Shown: positions 37,701 to 45,861 of the stretch, in pieces
How positions within the stretch are numbered: position 1 is the first letter of the stretch
Layout of the letters: each line of letters opens with the position of its first letter
Assembly: GCA_020054105.1 (NCBI GenBank)
Contig: JAGVLW010000107.1
Location: forward strand, 4,645-68,644
Direction: 5' to 3'
Source of the DNA: Alphaproteobacteria bacterium
GTDB taxonomy: Bacteria; Pseudomonadota; Alphaproteobacteria; Rickettsiales; SXRF01
DNA length: 64,000 nucleotides
The notes under the pieces: model-generated
Databases searched by the model: none
What the model was told of the DNA's origin: nothing
The model's input: only the letters and a program-made list of their open reading frames with translations
Position numbers and translations under genes: made by a program

Positions 37701-38434
37701 GCACGCAGCAAAAAGACAAGGCCAAAGCTACGCTGACCGCCGAACAGGTGCGCGGCTATCTGAAATCGCACCCGGACTTTCTCAAGAAAAACGCCGACAT
37801 GTTCGAAGGCCTGACGCCGCCTGCGCGCGAGCTCGGCGACGGCATCCTCGACTTCCAGCATTTCATGGTCAAGAACCTGCAAAAAGACAGCAAGGACCTC
37901 AAAGGCAAATACGAGCTGCTGATCGATTTTTGCCGCGACAACATGTCGGCGCAAAGCCAGGTGCACCAGGCGGCGCTGCGGCTGATCCGCGCGCGCAACC
38001 TCGAGCAATTGCTCGAAGCGGTGACGCAGGATTTGCTGAGCCTGTTCGACGTCGACGTCGTGCGCCTGGCCATGGAATCGGACATATTGCTCGACACCTC
38101 CTACGGCGACCAGGTCTATTCCGGCATCGTGTTCATCGAGCCGGGCACGAGCGTGGCGGCGTTGGGCGCTAAGAAGAACGTGCTGCTGGTCGATGATTGC
38201 ACCAAAAATCCGCCGCCGGGCTTCGAGCAGATTTTCGCCGACTGCGCCGGGCTGATCGAATCGTGCGCACTGCTCAAGCTCGAGCTCGAGATGGTCGATA
38301 AAAATATCCTGCTCGCTTTCGGCGTGCGCCACAAAGACCGTTTCCATAGCGGACAAGGCGTCGAGCTGCTGCATTTCCTGGCGCAAATCGTCGCGCACCA
38401 GCTCGATATTTACCTGGCGGATTTGACGGTGTGA
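37697..38434 (+). CDS. DUF484-family protein (YigA-like)
   Basis: 245 aa with N-terminal [12 protein letters not shown]. It lies immediately upstream of, and overlaps, xerC, which is the conserved DUF484-xerC pairing. Confidence 0.7.
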   Translation: MSTQQKDKAKATLTAEQVRGYLKSHPDFLKKNADMFEGLTPPARELGDGILDFQHFMVKNLQKDSKDLKGKYELLIDFCRDNMSAQSQVHQAALRLIRARNLEQLLEAVTQDLLSLFDVDVVRLAMESDILLDTSYGDQVYSGIVFIEPGTSVAALGAKKNVLLVDDCTKNPPPGFEQIFADCAGLIESCALLKLELEMVDKNILLAFGVRHKDRFHSGQGVELLHFLAQIVAHQLDIYLADLTV

Positions 38435-39357
38435 GTGAAAGGCTCCCGATCACCGGCGGATTGAACCAATCGGCGGAGGCATTTTTACACTGGCTGGAAA
38501 ACGTCAAGCGCGCCTCGCGCCACACGGTTATTTCCTATCAAAACGATCTCGGCCATTTTTTCACGTTCCTGTCTGGGCATTACGGCGCGAAAATCAACCT
38601 GTCGCATCTCAAGAAATTGCCGGCCCGGGACATCCGCGCCTGGCTGGCCTCGCGCCTGGCCGATTACGAGGCGGCGTCCAACGCCCGCGCGCTGTCGGCG
38701 ATTAAGCGGTTTTACCGCTGGCTGGAAAAAGAAGAGGGGGTGGAAAACGCCGCCATTTTCCACATACGCGGCCCCAAGCTCGGCAAGCCGCTGCCCAAGG
38801 CGCTGGGCGAGGCGCAGGCGGCGCAGGCGCTGGAATTCATCGCCACCCAGCATGAGGAAGCCTGGCTCAATGCCCGCGACCTCGCGCTGCTTTTGCTGAT
38901 GTATGGTTGCGGCCTGCGCATCGGCGAGGCGTTGTCGCTGTCGCCGGGCGACGTCCAGGGCGTCGATGCGCTGCGCATTACCGGCAAGGGCAATAAGCAG
39001 CGGCTGGTGCCGATGCTGCCGGTGGTCGCGCAGGCCATCGACACTTACAAATCTCTCTGCCCGCACCCGCTTTCCGCCAGCGCGCCGCTTTTTGTCGGCA
39101 AGCAGGGCAAGGCGCTCGATCCGGCTATTTTCCAGCTGCAGCTGCGCAAGCTGCGTACCGCCCTCAACCTGCCCGACAGCGCCACGCCGCACGCCTTCCG
39201 CCACAGCTTCGCCACCCACCTGCTTTCGGCCGGCGGTGATTTGCGCACCATCCAGGAATTGCTAGGCCACGCCTCGCTATCGACGACGCAACGCTATACG
39301 CATGTCGATAAGACCCGGCTGCTAAGCGCCTATCGCCAGGCGCATCCGAGAAAATAA
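38431..39357 (+). CDS. xerC: tyrosine site-specific recombinase XerC
   Basis: GLRIGEALSL, HAFRHSFATHLL and LLGHASLSTTQRYTHV contain the catalytic R..HxxR..Y set. GTGA overlap with the DUF484 gene. Confidence 0.9.
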   Translation: MSERLPITGGLNQSAEAFLHWLENVKRASRHTVISYQNDLGHFFTFLSGHYGAKINLSHLKKLPARDIRAWLASRLADYEAASNARALSAIKRFYRWLEKEEGVENAAIFHIRGPKLGKPLPKALGEAQAAQALEFIATQHEEAWLNARDLALLLLMYGCGLRIGEALSLSPGDVQGVDALRITGKGNKQRLVPMLPVVAQAIDTYKSLCPHPLSASAPLFVGKQGKALDPAIFQLQLRKLRTALNLPDSATPHAFRHSFATHLLSAGGDLRTIQELLGHASLSTTQRYTHVDKTRLLSAYRQAHPRK

Positions 39358-39393
39358 AAAAAGGGCGCAAACTACTTGTTCGCGCCCTTTTTA
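39356..39393. terminator. bidirectional terminator between convergent xerC and the dockerin-repeat gene
   Basis: A-run, then GGGCGCAAAC...GTTCGCGCCC stem (one bulge), then T-run. Confidence 0.7.
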
Positions 39394-39412
39394 GCGGAGG
39401 AAAATTACTTGG

Positions 39413-40240
39413 TTAGACGAACTCGTCCAGCAGCGACAGCTTGCCCGCCAATAGCTGGTTGGTCGGCTTATCGGTGCTGCCCGTCACGGCCGGGGGCTCC
39501 GGCTTGATCGGGGTGATGGTCACGCCGGCAAGAGGGCCGTCCGTTTTATCGGGCCCGCCCGCCAGGGCTACTTGCTTATTGGCCAGGCCGGCGATCGTGC
39601 CGACATTCTGGCCGAAATAGGCCTGGGCGATTTTTAAGTCGGCGCCGTCGACAGTGCCGTCATTGTTGATGTCGGACGCGCCGCCTTTAGCGCCATAATT
39701 GCTGAGAATGGCGGTGATGTCCTTGAAATTCACCTGGCCGTCGCCGTTGGCATCGCCGAAATCCTGGGTGGTGTATTGCTTGCGGGTGGCGTTGCCGACA
39801 TCGGTGCCGAAGCGGCTGAGCACGATGTTCTTGTCGGCATCGTTGATATTGCCGTCGCCATTGAGGTCGCCGTTGCCACCGGACTTGCCGTATTGGGCCA
39901 GCAGCGCGGTTACGTCGCTAAACGCTACCTTGCCGTCACCGTCTATGTCGCCAAGCAGGGCGTTCAACCCGGAGGCTTGCGGCGCCGGCTTTATTGGCAG
40001 CTGGGAAGTGATGGGTGGGGTGCGCACCGGCTGCGCAACGACAGGCGGCTCGGCGATGGGCGCGGTTGCCTGTGGCAGACGCGAAGCCTGCTTAACCACA
40101 TTGATATTCGCGGTAAGCGCCTGCGGCCTTACATTGGCAGAAAGCTGTTGCGGCGATTGCGCGGCGGTTTTGATTTTTAATCGCTTCAGGGAAGCGTAAG
40201 CCTGCGTGACCGCAGACAAAGATGCGATGGTATTTGACAT
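39413..40240 (-). CDS. dockerin-repeat (calcium-binding loop) protein, no Sec signal
   Basis: Two dockerin type I-like modules, each with paired DxNxDGxxxxxD loops: DIDGDGKVAFSDVTALL..DLNGDGNINDADKNIVL and DANGDGQVNFKDITAIL..DINNDGTVDGADLKIAQ. A Pro/Gln-rich linker is present. Confidence 0.6.
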   Translation of the reverse strand: MSNTIASLSAVTQAYASLKRLKIKTAAQSPQQLSANVRPQALTANINVVKQASRLPQATAPIAEPPVVAQPVRTPPITSQLPIKPAPQASGLNALLGDIDGDGKVAFSDVTALLAQYGKSGGNGDLNGDGNINDADKNIVLSRFGTDVGNATRKQYTTQDFGDANGDGQVNFKDITAILSNYGAKGGASDINNDGTVDGADLKIAQAYFGQNVGTIAGLANKQVALAGGPDKTDGPLAGVTITPIKPEPPAVTGSTDKPTNQLLAGKLSLLDEFV

Positions 40241-40532
40241 ATGATCCTCCTGATCGTCTTACTGTTGATACATTCAACCTAACAAATCTAATCCCGTTCT
40301 ACTTAAAAGTCAACCCGGCATATAGTTATTTAGCCGATAAATCCGTACGATATTCCTAAGAATTACTTAATGCGCCATGCTTATAGTAATAACATATATA
40401 TAGGGTATGCAACTACCGTGCCAGCCCACCGCACAGGAAATCCGCGGGTAATTTTAGGCAGGTAGGCAAGGAGCATAGGCAACGGATTCCTTCTTTGCAC
40501 AGCCCCGGCAAATAGTGTAATACACCTCCCAC

Positions 40533-40609
40533 GCACCCGTAGCTCAGCTGGATAGAGCGTTGCCCTCCGAAGGCAAAGGTCGCACGTTCGAATCGTGTCG
40601 GGTGCGCCA
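40533..40609 (+). tRNA. tRNA-Arg (anticodon CCG), CCA encoded
   Basis: Hand-folded cloverleaf: acceptor GCACCCG/CGGGTGC, D-arm GCTC..GAGC, anticodon stem TTGCC/GGCAA with loop CTCCGAA, T-arm GCACG-TTCGAAT-CGTGT, discriminator G plus CCA. Confidence 0.9.
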
Positions 40610-40810
40610 CCCTCCCAAACATAGCAAAACCTTAAATCACCATATATTGTGGTCAATATTTGTATTAATCTATATACAGTATGGCCGGATAAGAAATATG
40701 ACCGTTCCGACACGGAACTGTCATAGTAATGTAACAACTAAAACATTGTAATTTATATATATTTTTCATATAATGAGCATGTCTGGGATAGATTTCCTAT
40801 CGCAGATTAT

Positions 40811-40869
40811 GGTTCGCACATGACGGACTATGTTTTGTAAACATTAACTTATGGATGTGCGGTTTTTTT
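40811..40869 (+). promoter_or_regulatory. structured 5' leader / terminator-like stem upstream of virB2 paralog 1
   Basis: Outer stem CGCACAT...ATGTGCG enclosing inner hairpin ATGTTT-TGT-AAACAT, followed by T7. It lies 33 nt before the ATG. Confidence 0.55.
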
Positions 40870-40901
40870 AATTTAACAACAACAAAAAGAAGGGTGATTT
40901 T

Positions 40902-41330
40902 ATGAAGCCCCCAATTAAAGACCTAAGTACTAAAGACCTAAGCATCGCATGGCAATCTTGTTTGATGATCATGCTCTGCGCCGTCATCGCCATGATGCCG
41001 GATTTTGCCCTTGCACAGATTACTCCTAGAAATACACCGATGGGTAACGTATTGTGCTCCGTGGCTGGTTGGTTTACCGGCAACACGGGTAAGGGCCTTG
41101 CCACCATTGCCATCACCGTCATCGGTATCGGCGCACTCTTGGGTAAAGTATCCTGGGGTATGGCGATCATCGTCGGTGTCGGCGTTGCCATCGTGTTCGG
41201 CGCTGCCGGTATCGTCAGCGCGATGAACGCTGGCGCAGGCGATGTAAACACCACCTGCACTACAGGTGGCGGTGCAGGAGCTCTTCCCCCTCCCGGTGGA
41301 GATTTTATCCCGCCGATTGGAGCTGACTAA
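40902..41330 (+). CDS. virB2: VirB2/TrbC-family type IV secretion pilin, paralog 1
   Basis: A long signal peptide ends ALA/Q. Then NVLCSVAGWFTGNTGKGLATIAITVIGIGALLGKVSWGMAIIVGVGVAIVFGAAG parallels A. tumefaciens VirB2 (NNICTFILGPFGQSLAVLGIVAIGISWMFGRASLGLVAGVVGGIVIMFGA, from memory). Confidence 0.75.
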   Translation: MKPPIKDLSTKDLSIAWQSCLMIMLCAVIAMMPDFALAQITPRNTPMGNVLCSVAGWFTGNTGKGLATIAITVIGIGALLGKVSWGMAIIVGVGVAIVFGAAGIVSAMNAGAGDVNTTCTTGGGAGALPPPGGDFIPPIGAD

Positions 41331-41353
41331 TTTATATTATTTGGTGCAAAAAA

Positions 41354-41382
41354 ACCTTGCCGGAGCAATCCGGCAAGGTTTT
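41354..41382 (+). terminator. Rho-independent terminator after virB2 paralog 1
   Basis: ACCTTGCCGG-AGCAAT-CCGGCAAGGT followed by TTT. Confidence 0.75.
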
Positions 41383-41588
41383 ACAGACGGAAAATTCTAC
41401 GCGTAGTAGCGCTGAAGCCGTTATTATACGATATATAGCGGGAAAAAATTTAATTTAAGAAATATTCAGAAATATGCGCCGCCTATCACCGCCCACGGTC
41501 ACACAATTGTCACAAATAAAACTTTGTATTGGGTGAGTATTTTATCTAGACTGATCTTATCTGCTACAGATTTGTCTGTGACAGATAT

Positions 41589-41652
41589 GGTTCGCATATG
41601 ACGGTCTTCCTGCCTTTTTACAGGCACAGCCTATGGATATGCGGTTTTTTTT
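41589..41652 (+). promoter_or_regulatory. structured 5' leader / terminator-like stem upstream of virB2 paralog 2
   Basis: Outer stem CGCATAT...ATATGCG (a compensatory C>T/G>A change relative to copy 1) enclosing inner hairpin TGCCT-TTTTAC-AGGCA, followed by T8. Confidence 0.55.
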
Positions 41653-41683
41653 AATTGAAGTACAAGTCAAAGGGTAATTGTTT

Positions 41684-42037
41684 ATGAAAACCCAAACCAA
41701 AGACTTAAGCATCGCTTGGCAATCCTGCTTGATGGTCATGCTTGCTGCCGTCATCGCTATGATGCCGGACTTCGCTTACGCACAGATCGTTTCCCGCAAT
41801 ACGCCGATGGGTAACGTACTGTGCACCGTGGTTGGCTGGTTCACCGGCAACACCGGCAAGGGCCTTGCCACCATCGCTATCACCGTTATCGGTATCGGCG
41901 CACTCCTGGGTAAAGTATCCTGGGGTATGGCGATCATCGTCGGCGTTGGCGTTGCCATCGTATTCGGCGCTGCCGGTATCGTGGACAGCATGGGCGGCGG
42001 CGTCAACAACGCTTCCACCGGCGGTTGCACCACCTAA
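41684..42037 (+). CDS. virB2: VirB2/TrbC-family type IV secretion pilin, paralog 2
   Basis: The core is near-identical to paralog 1 (NVLCTVVGWFTGNTGKGLATIAITVIGIGALLGKVSWGMAIIVGVGVAIVFGAAG), but the C-terminal tail differs. The first ATG is at 41684; the track uses TTG 41678. Confidence 0.75.
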   Translation: MKTQTKDLSIAWQSCLMVMLAAVIAMMPDFAYAQIVSRNTPMGNVLCTVVGWFTGNTGKGLATIAITVIGIGALLGKVSWGMAIIVGVGVAIVFGAAGIVDSMGGGVNNASTGGCTT

Positions 42038-42064
42038 TCGCTTATTACTTGACTACAAAAAAAG

Positions 42065-42093
42065 CCTGCCGGAGCAATCCGGCAGGTTTTTTT
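42065..42093 (+). terminator. Rho-independent terminator after virB2 paralog 2 (also faces the convergent PEBP gene)
   Basis: CCTGCCGG-AGCAAT-CCGGCAGG followed by T7 and preceded by A7. The loop and inner stem match the paralog 1 terminator. Confidence 0.85.
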
Positions 42094-42108
42094 GTTGAGC
42101 TTGATGAA

Positions 42109-42777
42109 TTATTGTTTGTTGGTAAACGTGCCCACCATTTCGCCCCGGGCAAGCGTGTGCTTGTCGATCGCTTCCATCGCTTGCTTGCCGGTGAAATTTT
42201 CTTTCAGCCCCAGCGAAGGCACACCTAGCGCATAGACGATGAAATGATAATGATGCAGCCGCTCGTCGTTCCATGGCGGGCAGGGGCCGTCATAGCCGCC
42301 GAACGTGCCTTTCAAGAAACTCGCAAAGTCGTTTTGCCCGTTGATACCGTAAGCGGTTTTGCCGGTGGGCTTGCCGTCCGGCACCAGGCCTTCGCTGTCT
42401 TGCCCTTCGGCGATGCCGGTCAATGTGGCGGGAATGTCGACCAGCGCCCAGTGATAAAAATCCTGGCGCGGAAAATCGCCGGCGATGATTTTGCCTTCTT
42501 TATTGGCATCGTCGAACTTTGCCGGAACATCTTTGTCCACCACGATAATGGCATAGGATTGCGTGCCCGCCGGCGCGCCCGACCAGCTGACGGCCGGATT
42601 CACGTTGCCGCCATCCTTGGTCTTGCCCTTGCCGTCGGGGGCGCAGAAGGCGAATTTTTCGGCAATAAGCTTGTCGTTTTCGATGCCGGCGACGTTGACC
42701 GTCATCGGCGCGGTTTGCGCGAAGGCGGTGGTGGATAAAAACGACGCGGATAGCGCCAATAATGCGGTTTTTTGCAT
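42109..42777 (-). CDS. YbhB/YbcL-family PEBP (Raf kinase inhibitor-like) periplasmic protein
   Basis: Signal peptide ending AFA/Q, GGYDGPCPPWNDERLHHYHFIVYAL (the PEBP GPxPP...HxYxF motif), and NPAVSWSGAP. Confidence 0.8.
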   Translation of the reverse strand: MQKTALLALSASFLSTTAFAQTAPMTVNVAGIENDKLIAEKFAFCAPDGKGKTKDGGNVNPAVSWSGAPAGTQSYAIIVVDKDVPAKFDDANKEGKIIAGDFPRQDFYHWALVDIPATLTGIAEGQDSEGLVPDGKPTGKTAYGINGQNDFASFLKGTFGGYDGPCPPWNDERLHHYHFIVYALGVPSLGLKENFTGKQAMEAIDKHTLARGEMVGTFTNKQ

Positions 42778-42850
42778 GAAAAAGCCCTCCTGTGGTTGAA
42801 GTCAGACCAAGAAAGGACTATATACCACCCACGCAATGAAAGGAAAGCCC

Positions 42851-43399
42851 ATGTTCATCCAGACCGAAGCCACGCCCAATCCGCTGACGCTTAAATTCAT
42901 CCCCGGCGTTACGGTCATGGAAAGCGGCACGGCGTTTTATACCAACCGCGACGATGCGAAAGCCTCGCCGCTGGCCAGCGAGCTTTTTGCCATCGACGGC
43001 ATCACGGCGGTGTTCCTGGCCGCCGATTTCATCACCCTGACCAAGGACGAGCCAAGCCATTGGGAGGCCCTAAAGCCGATCGCACTGACGGTGATCATGG
43101 ATTTCTTCGTTGCCGGAAAAAAGGTGATGAGCGGCGCGGCCGCAAGCCAGGCCGGCAACGAAAACGACAGCGAGATCGCCAAGCAGATACGCGAGCTGAT
43201 CGACACCCGCGTGCGCCCCGCCGTGGCCCAGGATGGCGGCGATATCATCTTTCGCGGTTTTGAAGACGGCATCGTCCGCCTCGAGCTGCACGGCGCCTGC
43301 TCCGGCTGCCCAAGCTCCACCGCCACGCTCAAGGGCGGCATCGAAAACATGCTCAAACATTATGTGCCCGAGGTGATTGCCGTCGAGGCGGTTTCGTAG
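42851..43399 (+). CDS. Nfu/NifU-family Fe-S cluster scaffold/carrier protein
   Basis: MFIQTEATPNPLTLKFIPG is the Nfu_N domain, and the C-terminal NifU domain carries CSGCPSS. The start is set at the second ATG, with AGGAA upstream. Confidence 0.85.
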   Translation: MFIQTEATPNPLTLKFIPGVTVMESGTAFYTNRDDAKASPLASELFAIDGITAVFLAADFITLTKDEPSHWEALKPIALTVIMDFFVAGKKVMSGAAASQAGNENDSEIAKQIRELIDTRVRPAVAQDGGDIIFRGFEDGIVRLELHGACSGCPSSTATLKGGIENMLKHYVPEVIAVEAVS

Positions 43400-43443
43400 T
43401 AGTCGTTAGCCATCCTCTAATGACCTAATCACAAGGTACGCTC

Positions 43444-44622
43444 ATGCCATTGCAATTCTTCCCCAACAAGCCGCATTTCGATTTCATGGGCAAACGCTGG
43501 TATGGCTTTGCCGTTTCCATCGCACTGACATTGCTGTCGCTCGGGCTGGTCGCCACGAAAGGCCTGAATCTCGGTATCGATTTCACCGGCGGCATCTTGA
43601 TGGAAATCCATACGCAGGAGCCGGCGGATCTATCCAAGATGCGCGGCGCGCTCGACAACCAGGGCTTCGGCGAAGTCAGCCTGCAAAATATCGGCGGCGA
43701 ACACGAGGTGATGATTCGCATCCAGGTGTCGGAAGCCGACGATCAGGCGGTGCTCACCGCCAAGGTGAAAGAATTGCTGGCCGCACAGATCGGCGAGGGC
43801 ATCGACTACCGCAAGATCGATTATGTCGGCCCGACCGTAGGCCAGGAGCTCATCGAAAACGGCATCATCGCCGTGCTTTTATCCTTTCTCTCGATCATGG
43901 TCTATGTGTGGTTTCGCTTCGAATGGCAGTATGGTTTCGGCGCCGTCCTCGCGCTCCTTCACGATGCGATCATGGTGGTGGGATTTTTCGCGCTCACGCG
44001 CTTCGAATTCGGCCTGACGGCGATTGCCGCCATCCTCACCATCGTCGGCTATTCGATCAACGATACGGTGGTGATCTATGATCGCATCCGCGAGAATATG
44101 CGCCGCTTCAAAAAAATGCCGGTCTTCGAGCTGCTCAATCTCAGCATCAACGAAACCCTCTCGCGCACCATCCTCACCGCCTCGACGACGCTGCTGGCGG
44201 CGCTGGCCCTGGCCCTGTTCGGCGGGCCGGTGATCGAGGGCTTCGCCTGGGCGATGGCGTTCGGCGTCGCCGTCGGCACTTATTCCTCCGTCTATATTTC
44301 GGCGCCGACGCTCATTTATTTGAAATTAAAAGAGGAGCAAACACAAGGAGAGAGCAAATTATCCCTCGATCCTCTTATACGGATGTTCGGAGCGTTATGG
44401 GTTTTAATTATCCCCATGGAAGCAATGGCATCTTTATTTTTATCTTATTCTTTATTGCAAACCATATTGTCTGTTGCCGTGCTAATTGGAGCCAAGGTCT
44501 ATCAAAATTATTTAATAAGAAAAATAGGAGAGAAATATCGGGTTACTTACATAGACGCTTTGGGAAGAATAGGATCCGTTTGCCTGATTCTTAAGCCGTT
44601 ATTTTGGTTTTTCCTGCAATGA
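43444..44622 (+). CDS. secF: protein translocase subunit SecF with ~95-aa AT-rich C-terminal extension
   Basis: FDFMGKRWYGFAVSIAL, LGIDFTGG and INDTVVIYDRIRE are SecF motifs. Homology ends near YISAPTLIYLK (about nt 44330). After that, composition drops and three extra hydrophobic segments follow. Confidence 0.85.
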   Translation: MPLQFFPNKPHFDFMGKRWYGFAVSIALTLLSLGLVATKGLNLGIDFTGGILMEIHTQEPADLSKMRGALDNQGFGEVSLQNIGGEHEVMIRIQVSEADDQAVLTAKVKELLAAQIGEGIDYRKIDYVGPTVGQELIENGIIAVLLSFLSIMVYVWFRFEWQYGFGAVLALLHDAIMVVGFFALTRFEFGLTAIAAILTIVGYSINDTVVIYDRIRENMRRFKKMPVFELLNLSINETLSRTILTASTTLLAALALALFGGPVIEGFAWAMAFGVAVGTYSSVYISAPTLIYLKLKEEQTQGESKLSLDPLIRMFGALWVLIIPMEAMASLFLSYSLLQTILSVAVLIGAKVYQNYLIRKIGEKYRVTYIDALGRIGSVCLILKPLFWFFLQ

Positions 44623-44627
44623 GCTAA

Positions 44628-45278
44628 TTGATGTCCTATATTTTCATGGATGAAAGCGGTTGCCTGGGATTTGATTTTAGTAAAAAAGGCACATCCGATT
44701 ATTTTATCGTCACTTTTTTATGCACCCCGCATAAACGGCCAATCGAAAAAATCGTCCGGCGTATTTTCGAGGGCATGTCGAAAGCAGAAAGAAATCGCTT
44801 AGGCGGCTCGCTCCATTCAAGCAAGGCATCGCCACGCACGCGCATGAAGCTTTTACACCAGCTTCACAAAAAAGAAGACGCCGTGATTATGCTGGTTCGG
44901 TTGAATAAACGCAAAGTCTATACGAAATTACACGACGAAAAACATGTGCTCTATAATTATGTTACCAATATCCTGCTCGACCGGATATTCAGCAAAAAAC
45001 TCGTTCCCTTAGACGAAACGGTACATTTAGTAGCCTCGCGCAGAGAAACCAATCGTTTCTTAAACGACAATTTTAAAGGCTATTTAAGCAAACAAATTAC
45101 CCGCAACCACCAATGCAAGATTACCGTGTCCATCCTCCCGCCTTCAGCAGAAAAGGGACTACAAGTTGTCGATTTTGCGAGTTGGGCGGCTTTCAGGAAA
45201 TACGAGCATGGTGACGCGAGCTATCTCGACATCATTAAACAGCTTATTATAGAAGACAATACCTTGTTCGGAGGGTGA
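44628..45278 (+). CDS. DUF3800-family protein
   Basis: The N-terminal YIFMDESGCLGFDF (DESG motif) and length fit DUF3800 as I recall it. The gene is AT-rich. Confidence 0.65.
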   Translation: MMSYIFMDESGCLGFDFSKKGTSDYFIVTFLCTPHKRPIEKIVRRIFEGMSKAERNRLGGSLHSSKASPRTRMKLLHQLHKKEDAVIMLVRLNKRKVYTKLHDEKHVLYNYVTNILLDRIFSKKLVPLDETVHLVASRRETNRFLNDNFKGYLSKQITRNHQCKITVSILPPSAEKGLQVVDFASWAAFRKYEHGDASYLDIIKQLIIEDNTLFGG

Positions 45279-45395
45279 GCAAAACGCCTGAAGCGCTTAT
45301 ATCGAGGAACCTACGGAACCCCACGCAATAGGACTTACTTTTGCTCACTTACCAGTATAAGCTAATATGCTTGGGCTAGCAAGCATTGTAATATA

Positions 45396-45857
45396 TTGTT
45401 ATTATTATATATTAGGATTATATGGAACATCCCGGCATTTACGGTTTTTTTTTTCGAGGAGCTGACACTCGGCCAGCACGCCACCGTCTCGCGCACCATC
45501 ACCGAAACCGACCTGCGCAATTTCTCCGGCGTGTCCGGCGATACCAACCCGATGCATCTCAACGAGGAGTTCGCCAAGGCCACGCAATTCGGCGGCATCA
45601 TCGTCCATGGCATGCTCACCGCCAGCCTGATCTCCGCCGTCATCGGCACCAAGCTGCCCGGCCCCGGCTGCATCTATATGAGCCAGACGCTGAAATTCCT
45701 CGCCCCCGTACGCGTCGGCGACACGGTCTACGCCACCGCGACAATCAAGGAACTGATTCCCGAAAAAAAGCGCGCGCGGCTCGAGACGCGCTGCTACGTC
45801 AAGGACACGCTGGTCATCGACGGTGAGGCGCTCATCAAGGTCCCCGCAAAGTCATAA
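45396..45857 (+). CDS. MaoC-like (R)-specific enoyl-CoA hydratase / hot-dog dehydratase (start uncertain)
   Basis: FSGVSGDTNPMHLNEEFAKATQFGGIIVHGML is the MaoC hydratase motif. The in-frame start offered by the track is a TTG without an SD. The only SD-preceded ATG (45422) is out of frame across a T10 tract. Confidence 0.75.
   Translation: MLLLYIRIIWNIPAFTVFFFEELTLGQHATVSRTITETDLRNFSGVSGDTNPMHLNEEFAKATQFGGIIVHGMLTASLISAVIGTKLPGPGCIYMSQTLKFLAPVRVGDTVYATATIKELIPEKKRARLETRCYVKDTLVIDGEALIKVPAKS
45445..45454 (+). repeat. T10 homopolymer at the 5' end of the maoC-like gene
   Basis: Counted directly: ACGG + 10 T + CGAGG. Confidence 0.9.
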
Positions 45858-45861
45858 TTTC

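Noticed and set aside
40610-42100. Classical integrase-mediated genomic island at tRNA-Arg.
   Set aside because: No integrase or recombinase gene is present in or next to the AT-rich segment, and I found no direct repeat of the tRNA 3' end by eye. It is reported only as an AT-rich islet.
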